This document shows, piece by piece, positions 37,858 to 50,062 of a DNA stretch of 64,000 nt. Position numbers and translations under genes: made by a program. The notes beneath the pieces were generated by a model, which was not told the DNA's origin, made no database searches, and saw nothing but the letters and a program-made list of their open reading frames with translations. Source of the stretch: Amoebophrya sp. A120 (taxonomy: Eukaryota > Protista > Dinoflagellata); the NCBI GenBank assembly GCA_905178155.1, contig CAJINV010000005.1, positions 6,373,207 to 6,437,206 of the forward strand. Reading direction: 5' to 3'. Within the stretch, counting starts at the first letter, position 1, and each line of letters starts with the position of its first letter.

Positions 37858-38427
37858 GATATTGCCCATTTCGGTACGGCACACGTCTTGGAAGCCATAT
37901 TGCCGATTCAGAATCAACGAAAGCTCTTTGGCGATTGTTTGGGAGTTGAACATTGGCTCCGTTTCCGTTATGATTTCGTCCCAGCTCCATTTGGATTTCC
38001 GCACATTGTTGAACTTGTTTTCCCAAGACGCATTCGTGACCATCGCCAGAGTTAACTTTTTTTTCTTTGCCCAATCCCTGAGCTTTACTTTCATCGCGAC
38101 GTCGAATTTTTTTGCAGATGGCGCTAATTTGTTGCTTGTCATGTACGGGCTGTCACAATATTCGGTCGCGAGGTCTGCCTGTATTTCCAGTGGCAGAAAC
38201 CGAAACGTATTCCGGTCCGCTGTTTCCTTTTCAAGGATCGCGCCGTAATTATTCGGCTCCGCAATCCTTTGCTGCAACTGATCCTCGCAGCGCGCGGCCT
38301 TGCTTTTCCGGTCGTCTTCGGTCTTCTTGTCTTGTTGCATTTTTTGGTCCGCTGCGACACGTTTCTTCTCCTCTTGATCCCGTTGCTTCTGCGCCTTTTG
38401 TTCGTCGGTTAGTCTAAATCCCTCAAC
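37858..38427 (-). CDS. Exon encoding a coiled segment and a repeat module (FRFLPLEIQADLATEYC)
   Basis: ORF 37825-38430. Confidence 0.65.
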
Positions 38428-38654
38428 CATACTGGAGAAAAAGAGGTCATCGCCACCACCCTTTTGCAGCTATTTCCTTCAAAATTAAGTCCATTGCCTG
38501 CGGTGGCGCAAGACGAATTCCAGAAAACTCTGATAAATCTCCGTGCAGTTATCTTCCCCACGACGAGATACGTTATTTTTGCGCCAGCAGCATCAAAACA
38601 TGTTACTTATAAACTACAATTTGAATGCACCAAGGCTGCAGATAGTGGCGCTCG

Positions 38655-39018
38655 TATCGTATTGAAAAGATGCCCTACCCCAGATGACTTCCGTGACATT
38701 TGTATTGCAGAGATGCAAGGAAACACTTGCCACCTTGACGGTATCCGCAGTGCAGATCCGTATTGCTGGAGGCAAAAACCGTCTTTTGCCTTCGCACTAG
38801 AGCAGTGGGTATAATCGGGAGACAGCTATGCTACGCATGTGCAATTCAGCCCGCCGAACTACTGAGTTCATCTCGTTCGGGAGGAAAAAGAATTTTCTCC
38901 GTCTTCAATCCAACAACTGAACAATGCTTCCGGTTTTCATCTTGGAAGAACAAGACCTGCAGCAGTAAGTTCTGCATTTGCCACATCATCGGGGGGCAGG
39001 GCATTTTTCATTTTGATA
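38655..39018. mobile_element. Degenerate family C introner
   Basis: Decayed C-type ends; TSD GCTCG/GATTG. Confidence 0.55.
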
Positions 39019-39085
39019 GATTGACCGCAACGCTTTATTTTTCCGTACTTGTCAAACTGCCGAGCCCGAGACTAATACCCGCCAG

Positions 39086-39418
39086 TATGCATTGCAAAAA
39101 TGCGCAAAGTAGTTCTCCCTGTGCAGCTGCCTGTCTTTTTGCGGAGCCCGAAGCGAGGAAACACAAGACGGTCGTATTTGCTGCAAAACTAGAGATGAGC
39201 GTGCGAGGAAGATATCATCGTAGTTCGGCACATAGTTTTCTTCACAATGTATCTATCCTACTAGCAGCGCATCACTCGCCTTCTTTCTTTTCGAGAACAT
39301 GCTCCTGTTGCTAGAAGTCAAAGTGGCAGAAGTCTAAAAAAATAGAGGCGCATGAAGATACATGTTGATCCATGCATGTACCACCAGCCACTTTTGCGCA
39401 TTTCTTTCTACTTTGATA
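39086..39418. mobile_element. Degenerate introner
   Basis: TATGCATTGCAAAAATGCGCAAA / TTTTGCGCATTTC..TTTGATA; TSD decayed. Confidence 0.5.
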
Positions 39419-39734
39419 ACCCTGGAGGAGGAACTCGAAGTGGCGACTGGGAGTATGAAACAGCAAACCAAAATTCTATCAACAACCCCCGCCCAGCGCA
39501 GCCCAAGCAAATCTCGCTATCCGGAGGGCCGCCACGACCACTGTGTAGGACGCTGATCTTCAACAAGCAGGAAAGTGCAAGAAAATCGTATTTGGCATGC
39601 AAAACTAGATACACAGGGCACACAACTAGCGGAGTTCGACGTGTACATCATCTCCAACTTCTGTATCTGTTTCTGTTACACGATACAAAAATCATGCATA
39701 AAACAATATTCAGGCACGAGTTATTGCTTCGCGG

Positions 39735-40032
39735 TATGGTGAGGAAAAACGTCCCCACCCGATAGTCAAGCTGGGGACTTGGCAACACAAATCCGGAAGC
39801 TCTGGGCAGAGTCACGCATGACAGGTTCCTCTCTGTATTCAAGTGCAGTTGACCAAGGACAGTCACATCACAAAATCATTTGCTCATGCTGTTTACAGCA
39901 TATACAAATTCCATAACACGACTGGAAATCCAAATGCCTCTCATCATGCAGATGCGCATTTTTACGCATGTTCCTGTACTTGCAAATCTGCATGACAACT
40001 TTGGCAAGATGGGGACGATTCGACTCAGCATA
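39735..40032. mobile_element. Introner family B
   Basis: B TIRs; TSD CGCGG/CGCGA. Confidence 0.8.
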
Positions 40033-40111
40033 CGCGAGCCCTCAGGATCATCCGCAAGACCCGGTGCGCTTCCGCTTTCGCGTTCGCATTACTTCTTGCA
40101 TAAGCGATACA

Positions 40112-40402
40112 TATCAAAATGAAAAAAGCCCCCACCCCATATTCAAAAGTAGGATCACATATCAAATTGCCATGCCAGAACATCAGAAAAGATGCGGGCT
40201 CTCGTGGTCTCTGACGCGGCAAAGCGCTGCGTGTTGATGGTCAGTATGACGGAATGCAACAGCCTTGCTCAGAATAGCATGACAGATTGCCACCATCAAA
40301 TTAGGCCACTCCTGCGTCGAGTTGTGGTCGTACACAACTTAATGTGCCGGAGAGTTTTCTTTCGAGGATGCTGGGGTGGGTACGTAGTTTTTACAAGTGA
40401 TA
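40112..40402. mobile_element. Degenerate family C introner
   Basis: C-type left TIR, decayed right end; TSD ATACA/TTGCA. Confidence 0.65.
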
Positions 40403-40515
40403 TTGCATCGACAGGTGCTTGATAATATTTTTCGGTGAAGCCGTCGAAACAAGTTCTTCTTCTAGTCCCTCTACCCTTGGACGCTGACGATTTGGAGAGC
40501 GCTGGGGTTAGCTAC

Positions 40516-40785
40516 TATCCGAGGAAAAAAGTGCTACTGGCAGACACATCTAATGTTGCAAGTCGTTTTGATTTAGCAACACAGATTTTCTCAGCAAAAG
40601 AAGAAAAATCTGCAATGCGGAGATAACAAGGTACCACGAAAATAAAACAAACATAAACATGTTCCGAAGCATAGTACCATTTGTCGCATGTTGTTGACAG
40701 GAACTGTCTGTCCTCTTGTTGCCTGTCTTCCTGCTACGACACGATAATGTGTGTCCTTTAAGTGTAACACTTTTTTCTTGCGATA
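40516..40785. mobile_element. Aged family D introner
   Basis: D TIRs; TSD GCTAC/GGTAT. Confidence 0.72.
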
Positions 40786-40835
40786 GGTATTGAATGTTGG
40801 TTCTTCCTTGGTCGGATAAAAGCGCCACTGTCGTA

Positions 40836-41131
40836 TATCGTGCGTAAAAACGTACCCACCCCAAAGTCATCAACATGGTGCTTCTGCTACACAAATCAAG
40901 CAGCTTTCCGAACTTCGCACGACAAGTTCTCTTGGCACGCAGTGGACTGGTCGTGCTTAGCTATCATAACCGCATGGCAAATTTCTAGTACTCTCATCCT
41001 GATTAGAGATTTGGGCATTACAACAAACACGGAAACACAACTTACATAAAAGCCTCTCATGCTGATGGTGAGCCGCGGCAACTTACAAATCTGCATGACG
41101 ACTGCGGGCAGGTACGTTTTTCCACTGGATA
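40836..41131. mobile_element. Aged family B introner
   Basis: B TIRs; TSD TCGTA/TTGGA. Confidence 0.72.
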
Positions 41132-41927
41132 TTGGAGGTGTCGTCGGGAGCTTATTAAATTGAAAAACGCCCCCCCCCACAACACGACTCAGATGGCAGT
41201 AAAACCTATGCTGATCCTAATATCACGAGAAGACAATGTTGGTTTTGGTGTGTACAACGTAAGATACAAAAATGCAGAACTCAGAGGACCTTCTTCAGTT
41301 GACTAGTTGTTTGCTGTACTCGAGTTTGCAGCCGTGGTCCAACATGATGATTCGTAGTTAAAAATCTGTTCGACTCTAAGTCTAACATAGTCCGACATAG
41401 TAAACAACAACGTTAAAGTAGGCGACTATGTACCGCCAGTTGTGCGGCCGGGAATCTTCTAGATGACCTGCTTCTGCTTCTACGATCATCTGGCGATATG
41501 GTGTGAAAGTGAATTATTTGGAAAATACGCTTTGCAGGTGGTTCTGTTTCGTACACAAAAATGGCGATTTTGTCACAGCCAGTGGCACGAAGCAGGTGAA
41601 GATTTTCCTGCAAAGTAGAAAATCATAAGCGTCCCAGTGACACAAGAAGCGGAGCCTGCTTTGTTCGCAGCTCGCCCTTCCGCGGCCAAGCAAAGCAGAG
41701 GTGATGGAGCAAACATCTTCTGTCGGAAGAAATCGAAATGCTTATGCTTCTTGTTGTAGACCGCCGTGCATGATGAAGTAACTTGTTGTCGAAATCTACT
41801 TACTTTGGTTCCACACGACCATGCAAATAAGCAGACTGCTAGTCCTACACGCGTGCACGCTGGTGGACATGCGGCGAAAGCCAATTTGGTTCGTTTTTGT
41901 GGGGGCATTGTGTATTTCTTCGGGATA

Positions 41928-44128
41928 CAACCACTGTGGTACCAGTGGGTGGTCCTCCTGCTTGTGCAAGCGCCGCTTTTTTCTCCACCTCCAGCCTCTG
42001 CTTCTCCGCCTTCTTCCTGGCCTCCTCCGCCACCCGCCTGTCCTCCTCCGCCTTCTTCCTGGCCTCCTCCGCCACCCGACTGTCCTCCTCCGCCTTCTTT
42101 CTCGCCTGCGTGAGCTCGTTGAACATCGCCTCCTGAGCTCGTTGCTGCTCCGGCGTGAGTGATGCCGGTCCCTGCGACTGCTGCTCCTGAAGCTTCTGCA
42201 ACTGGGCGGCAATGTCTCGCGCTTGAGTCGCTGCAGCAGTAGCTGCCGCTTCCGCAGAAGCAGCTCTCGCTTCCGCAGAACCAGCTCTCGCTTCCGCTTC
42301 CGCGGCTTGCCGCTTTTCGTTCTCCCGAAGCTGGTGCAACTCTTCCATGGCTCGTATCCTGAGGAAAAACGTCCCAGCCCCATAGTTAAGATGCTGGGGG
42401 CCTTGCTGCACAAATCCACAAGGTTTGGGCATTCCGCATGACAAATTTCGGGTTTCAGCTTAGTCGTGTTTAGCCTGTGCAGCTGCAACGCCACAAATCG
42501 ATAACCCCATCTCCCTCATTCCAGCATGACAAACTCCCAGATAGCATCAAGCAATACTCCTGCTCATGGGGCTGCGCATAAGAAACGTCTGAGGTTTCCT
42601 GATTTGCATGACAACTCTGGGGTGGAGACGTTTTTACACAGGATAGCTCGAAGATCCTGCGACGGAGCAGCTGCCACAACCCGCGGGTGCGGCGGCTGCA
42701 CGACTGGAGCTGCCAGCAGTGGTTGTGTTGCCACGACTGGTGGTGATGACACGACTTGTGATGGCGGTGGTGGTTCTGTGGTTGCAATTGTAGTTGTTCT
42801 GTGGTTGATGTTCTTGAGATGAACAAGTTATAGTATATTTTCTTTTGACAGGACCTACTTCACCTATGCATTGCAAATATGTGTGGGTCTGGAAGAGCCT
42901 GCTCCAGCTTGTCATGCTAAGATGAAGTCTGCACCAGGCAAAAACCTGTGTCGCGTGATTGTGAAATAAAGTTGTCTGATTTTGACCAACTGTTGAAAGG
43001 ATGTTTCTCATGCAGCGGGATACGCATTTGATAAAGAGCGCACAGAATCTGTCATGCTAGGTCCAGCACTCCATATCCGATGGGTCGTGGAAAACCCGCA
43101 TGACAATTCTTGCAATCTTGTTCCAAACCCAGACATATTTATAATTTGCCGCGTCATTTGATATCACACTGTTGTTGATCATAGCAAGCACTACTGTTCA
43201 TCGCGTAAAATTGTCAATGTGCGTCGATATCGTGAGGAAACATGATCTCCCCTCCCCCCTACTGGAGAAGGGTAATGCAGATTTGTGGCCACAAACCAGC
43301 TTATTTTTTGTCTTGCAGAAACTCTTAAATTAAGGCGTATGCTAAGTCTGTTTCGGTTTCTACTCGTAGATAGATAGAAAGGTGACTTAGACTTACGTTG
43401 TTGAGGTGGTAGAAGTGGTTGCGCCGGCGGTTTTGCAGGAGGGGCGGAAGGTCCGCAGCAACCCTTTTCCTTATCAAATGTAAAAGTGTCTGGGTCTGGA
43501 AACTTGTGATGCTCGGTGGCGAATCATGAGGAGGCCACAGGTGCTGGCTCAGCATGACAAGTTTCTGAGCTTCTAGGTGTTGCCTATTCTGCATGACAAA
43601 CTGCGTCTCTGCATGACAGAAAAATGGGGCTCTTGGGTAATGTGCATGACAAATTCAAGAGTCACGTGAGACAAGCATGACAAACTTGTATTTTTCCAGA
43701 CCCAGACATCTTTACATTTGATATTCCTTCAGCAGAAACGACTCGGCTCCCGCGGCATCCGGATCCTGGTTATGCACTGCAAATATCGATCTGGGTCTGG
43801 AAGGTTGCAACTTATGATGCTGCCTTTGGATTCTAGAAAAATTTGTGTTGCATGACCAGCAAGAAGGGTCCAGTTTGTGCTGCGCTGGGAGGGAATTCCT
43901 CATGCGGAATAAGGAGGCATGATCAAGAATCCATTTAAAAATCTGTGATGCTAGGGCACGCACCACAGACATCATGGTGCATGCAAGATGCCCATGACAA
44001 GTCTTGCAACCTTCCAGACCCAGACGTATTTGCATTTGATATTGGTCAGGATCAGGCATTTCCTTCTGCTCACCCGAATTAGAATTTGGCGGCGGCGCTG
44101 TTGTATGTGAAGATACGTTGGGTTGCAT
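41928..44128 (-). CDS. 5' exons of a Pro-rich, A/E/K coiled-coil protein; probably continues leftwards, possibly into the repeat modules
   Basis: MQPNVSS...DPD|QDPD...LLKE|KGCCG and QDLR|AMEEL join in frame; RKKAEED(S/R)RVAEEA repeats; canonical GTAAGT donor at 43396; middle exons unresolved. Confidence 0.6.
42355..42645. mobile_element. Introner family B
   Basis: B TIRs; TSD GCTCG; frame restored. Confidence 0.92.
42865..43163. mobile_element. Introner family A (insertion in right TIR)
   Basis: A TIRs; TSD TCACC/TCACA. Confidence 0.8.
43472..43723. mobile_element. Introner family A
   Basis: TSD TTCCT; inverted close copy of 18239-18493. Confidence 0.92.
43771..44041. mobile_element. Introner family A
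   Basis: A TIRs; TSD CTGGT/TTGGT. Confidence 0.9.
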
Positions 44129-44134
44129 CCAAAC

Positions 44135-44351
44135 TATCGCAAGAAAAAAGCGTTTACAGTTACACATTGTGTTGCAAGATCGGCAACACAGACAACCTTT
44201 CTCATGCAGGAAATACTTTGGAGCCTCGTTTCCTTCCCGTTTTGTTTTCCCTTATGATCTTCGCATTACAAGTTTTCTCTGCCACACAGAGAAAATTTGT
44301 GATGCAGAAACTCCAACAAATGTGTAACTGTAACACTCTTTTCTCGTGATA
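44135..44351. mobile_element. Introner family D (just 5' of putative ATG)
   Basis: D TIRs; TSD CAAAC. Confidence 0.9.
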
Positions 44352-44733
44352 CAAACACAAGCAACTTACTTTGTTTTACTTTTCACACAATCGTGTGAAA
44401 GAAAGTACTTCATTCCTGAAGCGAAGCGACGAAAAACAGAAATTCTTCAAGATTTGTATTGGTAGCGTGCTCTGCGCTGTATTTGATCGCGCCCATGAGA
44501 ACTACTGCTTCTACTGTTATAATAGTGCAATGCAAAATCAAAATAGAAGTTTGAGTAGATCAGTGTAGCCGGAGCGAACTGCGAAACATACGGTGTCATG
44601 CGGAGAACGGAAGCATATGAAGTACTGAAGTCCAAAGCTTAATACTTCTAGTAGACGAGGTGATTTCCTAATTCCATCTTTTGATTTATCAATCGAGCTC
44701 CCCAAGAAAAATGAGAGTAAAACCAAAAAAATA

Positions 44734-44995
44734 TATCAAATGTAAAAATGTCTGGGTCTGGAAGATTGCAACTTGTCATGCTAGATCTGCAGCATGCAAA
44801 AATCTGTGTTGCATGATTACCAAAAGCCGTCCAGTTTTGACCAAGTCGGGAGGTAGTTTCTCATGCAGGATAGGCATTAGAAAGGTCTCGCAGAATCTGT
44901 CATGCTGGGTCTCGCATTCCAGACCTCATGGGTCATGGAAAACCTGCATCACAAATCTTGCATTCTTCCAGACCCAGACATTCTTACAGTTGATA
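44734..44995. mobile_element. Family A element just 3' of a stop codon
   Basis: A TIRs; TSD AAATA/ATCTA; similar to 8286-8552. Confidence 0.85.
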
Positions 44996-45014
44996 ATCTA
45001 GTATGTAAGTATAT

Positions 45015-48001
45015 TTATAGAAGGGTGACATACGTTGTTGGCCCGACGGTGGTGTCGTGGGATTCGTTTTTCCGCCCCCGTCTTCGCAACCGTTGCAACG
45101 CATTTATCGTGACGAAAAACCCACCCTCCCCATATTGAAAACGATCCGTCTGAAAATTTGCGATGCAGATTCGTGACCACAGATCCTGTCGGTCTTGCAG
45201 GAAGGCAAAGCCACAGAGTCCGCCGCATTATGCAGGCGGTTTGTGATGCTGTTGGGCTTACAGCATAGACATTTATTGCCATGCTCGTCGCCTACGTCAA
45301 AACCTCTCGACTCAGGCATGGAATATGCCTGCAGTCCTCTCCAGCAAGACAGACCGGATTTGTGTACGCAAATCCCGCATAAGAAACTTCGTTTCGATAT
45401 GGGGAGGGGGGATTTTTCACTTTGATAGCATTTGAGATGCCGCTTCCGGGGCGCCGTGGCGCTCCTCCTCCAGCTCGGGCAGATCTTCGCTGGGCTTGGT
45501 CTATCAAGAGGAAAAATCCCCCCTCCCCACACTGAAAAGGTATATTGTTGGAAATTTGTGATGCTGATTCGTGGTCACAAATCGTGTCTGTCTTGCAAGA
45601 AGGCAAACCCAAAAGGCCCCCACGCATTATGCGGCCGGTTTGTGATGCTGTTGGGCCTACAGCATGGACTTTTGTCATGCTGAGCGCCTAGACCAAAACC
45701 CTTCCACTCCGGCTTGGTATGGGCCTGCAGTCCTTCACTGCAAGACAAATCTGATTTGTGTACGCAAATCCAGCATCACAAATGTCCTTCTCGATACGGG
45801 GAGGGGGGCTTTTTCCTTTTGATATGGTCTCCAAGAACTTCGTCGGCTTGGAGGTTGCCACGTGGCCAGGATGAAGATTGGCGGTGCCGTATCCTGAGTA
45901 AAAACGTCCCCACCCCATAGTTGTTATGCCAAAGGAATTGCAGCACACTTTGCCCCCCCTCTGCCCCAGGCCGCAGATGGCTTGACACGCAGGGGGGGTA
46001 GGTCAGGCGGACACCGAAGTGCCATCACCCCATAGTTGTTATGCAGATCTGCAAGCAAAAGAGCATTTGTAATGCGCATCCCAATGAGAGGCATTTCCCA
46101 TCGTGTTTTGGAAGTTGCAATGCTGTCAACAGGATAAGGAGATGGATTTGCTATGCGGCTTCCCTTGCTAAAATGAATTACACTACAGCCTGCAGTTTGT
46201 CATGCGTGGCTCCCAAAACTTTCAGGCTTGTGTTGCAAAATACCCATCTTGACTCTGGGGTGGGGACGTTTTTACAAATGATATGTCGTGCTGGTGGCCG
46301 GGTTCGGACGTGCTGGCATCGTCGTGGGCCACCGCTGCGCATCAAAAGCAAAAGTGTCTGGGTCTGGAAACTTGTGATGCTGGGTGGCGTATCATGAGGA
46401 GGCCACAAGTGCTGGCTCAGCATGACAAGTTTCTGAGCTTGCTTCTAGGTGTTGCCTACAATTCTGCATGACAAACTGCGTGTCTGCATGACAGAAAAAT
46501 GGGGCTGTTGGGTAATGTGCATGACAAAGTCAAGAGTCATGTGAGACTAGCATGACAAACTTGCATTCTTCCAGACCCAGGTACTACGTTTGCATTTGAT
46601 ACTGCGGGGATGGCTTCGTCCGGAGTCACGGTGGCCGCCGGACGCTATCCCTTGTAAAAACGTCCCCACGACGACCCCGTCGTCACGTTGGGACCTCTGC
46701 AACACAAATCCAGAAGTTTGAGGTGTCACGCATGACAAGTTTCTCGCTGTATTGTAGTTCAGTTTAGCAAGGACATTCGCATCACAAAGCCATCTCCTTA
46801 TCCTGTTTACAGCATTACAAGTCCCAGAACACGACTGCAAGTGCCTCTCATGGGGACGCGCGCATTACAAACGCTCGGTTCCTGTAATTGCAAGTCTGCA
46901 TGAAAAACATAGGGGTCGTGCGGACTTTTTTTACTCGGGATAGACGCTTCTTCTTCTTCTTCCTGGAAGACGAAGAGGGCTTGTTCCGGCGGGGAGTGGT
47001 GGAGAAGCCCGCAGGCGTCCACAGGTCGTCAATGGCAGGAGGGGCCTCGCTGCCACGGTCTATCCTGTGCAAAAACGTCCCCACCGCCCGCCCTAGAGTC
47101 CTCAAGATGTTGCTGGGAATTTCGCTACGCAAATCAACAAGTTATGGCTGCTGTGCATGACAAGCTGGGGGCTGTAATGGCCTCCTGATGTTGTTTTAGG
47201 TAGTGCAACTGCAACATGACGAATCAAGTGCCTCATCCTCATTCCAGCATGACAAACTCCCGGTCTACATTAGAAAACGTCGGTTTTCATGTGGCTAAGC
47301 ATGAGAAACATTTTAAGAATGTAGATTTGCATCACAAATCCCAGGAGGTGAAGGAGAATTATGTGGGAACGTTTTTCAAAACGATACTGGCAAACCGCTT
47401 GTCATCGTCGTCGTCGTAAAAACCGAAGGAGTATGCATTGCAAATAATGTGTCTGGGTCGTCTGGAAGAATGCAAACTTGTCATGCTCTCTGTCAGTCAC
47501 ACAAAAATCTGTCTTGCGTGAACAGCAACACCAGACGAAGCAGGTGCTCTTTATTTGTGGCTACGCGGGCAAAAAGTTTCTCATGCAGCATACAGATTAT
47601 AGGCACAGAGACCTCATAAATTTGTGGCTTTCATAAAACCTGTGATGCTATGCTGTGCATTCAGAAGAACCTGTGTGAGGCAAACGGTGCATGACAAAGT
47701 CCGGATGTTTCCAGACCCAGACCTCGATATTTGCATTTGATAAGGGGTCGCCCTGCTCCATGAAGGAAGCTGCTCCTTTGCCCTTCCGCGCCGCCGCCCC
47801 CGAACTACCCGCACCGCGGCGCCGCGAGTTCCGAACGGCCTTGGCGGACCCCGACGCCCAGAAGAGCTGCCCGGTGCCCAGGAAATAGGCGCCGGGGAGT
47901 TGCAGCAGGTGCGCGATGGAACCCATCACAGACTTCTTGACGAGGACGTTCTTGAACATGGCCGATGCTGCTCCGTGCTGTCCTCCACCCCGAGGCACCA
48001 T
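45015..48001 (-). CDS. Hypothetical protein, 8 exons and 7 introners; paralog of the gene at 50835-52358
   Basis: All 7 junctions in frame: GDP|FGFYDDDDDKRFAS|GSEAPPAIDDLWTPAGFSTT...QM|RCNGC...TLL*; start ATG tentative. Confidence 0.8.
45105..45427. mobile_element. Introner family C
   Basis: TSD GCATT; frame restored. Confidence 0.92.
45502..45824. mobile_element. Introner family C
   Basis: TSD TGGTC; frame restored. Confidence 0.92.
45890..46283. mobile_element. Introner family B carrying a 96-bp insert
   Basis: TSD TGCCG/TGTCG; frame restored. Confidence 0.88.
45930..46025 (-). other. Structured 96-bp insert flanked by a 19-bp duplication
   Basis: CACCCCATAGTTGTTATGC at 45911-45929 and 46026-46044; hairpins inside. 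Confidence 0.75.
46340..46601. mobile_element. Introner family A
   Basis: Left end CAT variant; TSD CTGCG; frame restored. Confidence 0.9.
46646..46942. mobile_element. Introner family B
   Basis: TSD GACGC; frame restored. Confidence 0.9.
47061..47386. mobile_element. Aged family B introner
   Basis: TSD CGGTC/CTGGC; frame restored. Confidence 0.82.
47432..47742. mobile_element. Aged family A introner
   Basis: TSD AGGAG/AGGGG; frame restored. Confidence 0.85.
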
Positions 48002-48198
48002 TTTCGCGTCTCGCCCTCCGCGGCGAGAATGTACTACGAGTGGTCCCGGCAAAGATCAATTAGGGGATGATGAAGAAAAAAAAGTCCGCGCTGCCCCTTT
48101 TTATTCCACAACTCTACGTCTACGTCCCGGCTCCGAATTGCGTTACTCCACCTCGCGGTCTGCTCGTCCTTGTGGTGCTGAGACGACAGTACTGCGCG

Positions 48199-48940
48199 TT
48201 TTTCTCCTCTGTATTTACTCCTTGTGCTGGGAAACAGAAACTTCCCGAGCAGTTTTGCTCCTGGTGTAGTACTCCTTGTGCTGGGAAAGGATTATTTCCC
48301 GAGTTTTGCTCCTGGTGTAGTACTCCTTGTGCTGGGAAGGAAAGATTTCCCAAGGTCTGCTCCTCTGCGTGCTCCTTCTTGTGCTGGGAAAGAAAGATTT
48401 CCCGACTTTTGCTCCTCTGTATACTCCTTGTGCTGGGAAACAAAAATTTCCCGAGTTTTGCTCCTTTGTATGCTCCTTAAGCTGGGAAACAAAAACTTCC
48501 CGAGTTTTGCTCCTCGCTCGTCTGTGTGCTCCTTGTGCTGGGAAACTGAAATTTCCCGAGTTTTGCTCCTCTGTGTGTAGTTCCTTGTGCGGGAAAACAA
48601 AAATTTCCCGAGTTTTGCTCCTTTGTGTGCTCCTTAAGCTGAGAAACAAAAATTTCCCGAGCTTTGCTCCTTTGTATACTCCTCGTGCTGGGGAACTAAA
48701 AAGTTTCCCAAGTTAGTTTTGCTCCTCTGTCGTGTGCTCCTCGTGCTGGGAAACAAAAATTTCCCGAGTATTGCTCCTTTGTATCCTCCTTCAGCCGGAA
48801 AACAAAAATTTCCCGAGTTTATTTGCTCCTCGTTTGCTCCTTAAACCTGGAAACAGAAATTTCTCGAGTTTATTTGCTCCTCGTTTGTTCCTTAAGTAAC
48901 CCTGGGAAACAGAAATTTCCCGCCGAGTTTTGCTCCTTCT
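48199..48940. repeat. Minisatellite, ~14 copies of ~50 bp, each with a GGGAAA-N-TTTCCC inverted repeat
   Basis: Unit approx. TTTTGCTCCTCTGTGTACTCCTTGTGCTGGGAAACAAAAATTTCCCGAG. Confidence 0.92.
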
Positions 48941-50062
48941 TCTCTGCTCCTACTTGTTTTGCTCTAAACAGCAATGCTCCGTGGAGTTTGTTCGTTTGTT
49001 GTTCTGCTCCTCTCGCCGCGAACGTGACTACCTACTCGTCTCCTGCCCTTCAATTAGACGTAGTAGAAGTGCTGATCGTGGCGTTTTTCTTCAAGTCGTG
49101 GACAGGGGGCGTCCACGTCTGAAAGGGAAAGTTCTTCAAGTCGTGGGAATGGGGGGAAATCTCCACGTCGAGAATTGTAATAAACTTGATGAAAAACAAA
49201 CACAAAAAATCGATGCACTTCAAAACGGAAACGCGATTTGGTAGTACGACTTGCGGTTCTTTTAAAGTAGCTCCTCAGTAGTGTACAAAACGACAAGTAT
49301 TTTATCCGGAGAACGCGTCGAAATGATATTTGAGTTTCAACAAGAGACACGGCGAGGGAAAAATAAAATGCTTTTGATGATGTTGTAAAGATTTTGTTCG
49401 ATTTTTGGAAGGGAAGTGACAGAAAGAAATTTAAAGTCGTGATAGTATAATGATGCTTTTACAGTATAGGGAGTTCTTGAGATTTTTTTAATTTTAGAAA
49501 ATGAAAAGAGTATGATGTTAAGTTTTTAAAAAAACAAGTTTTTGGGTAGTGCTCGAAGTTAGTTGGTGGGATGTTTTTGCAAAATTTTTTTTAGTCGTCG
49601 GGTGAAAGTTGATGTTGAAAACAAGAGTTTTCCCGCCTGTGTGGTGGTGTTTGTCATGGGAATTAATGGGCTTTTCGACTTTCTCAAACCGCAACTCCAA
49701 GAACGCTCTTTTCACCATGCACGAACCAAAAATCTTCTTCAAAAGGCCGTCAGCTGGACAAGACTTGTAGTAAGTTACTTCTGTTGGTGGACGATTTAGA
49801 AGTTTTTTTTGCCTTAAAAACTGCACGATGTTGACACGAGTTGTACGGCAGATGAAGATAGTAGATGAAGAACGACCACTGGTCATAGTCGAACTGACCG
49901 ATTTTCTTGCCGAAATTGCTATTGCACAAAACCGAAGAAAAGTAAGTACGATGTGGACGAAACGATACAAAAAAGTCTCGCGCACGACTTTTATCGCACG
50001 GGGACTACGGCATCCATTGTGCCACGGGGTGAAAAGGACTAGACGTAGACTATGTAGACGGA

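Noticed and set aside
48199-48940. CRISPR-like array of palindromic repeats
   Set aside because: The intervening sequences are themselves repeated rather than unique spacers; no cas genes; eukaryotic context.
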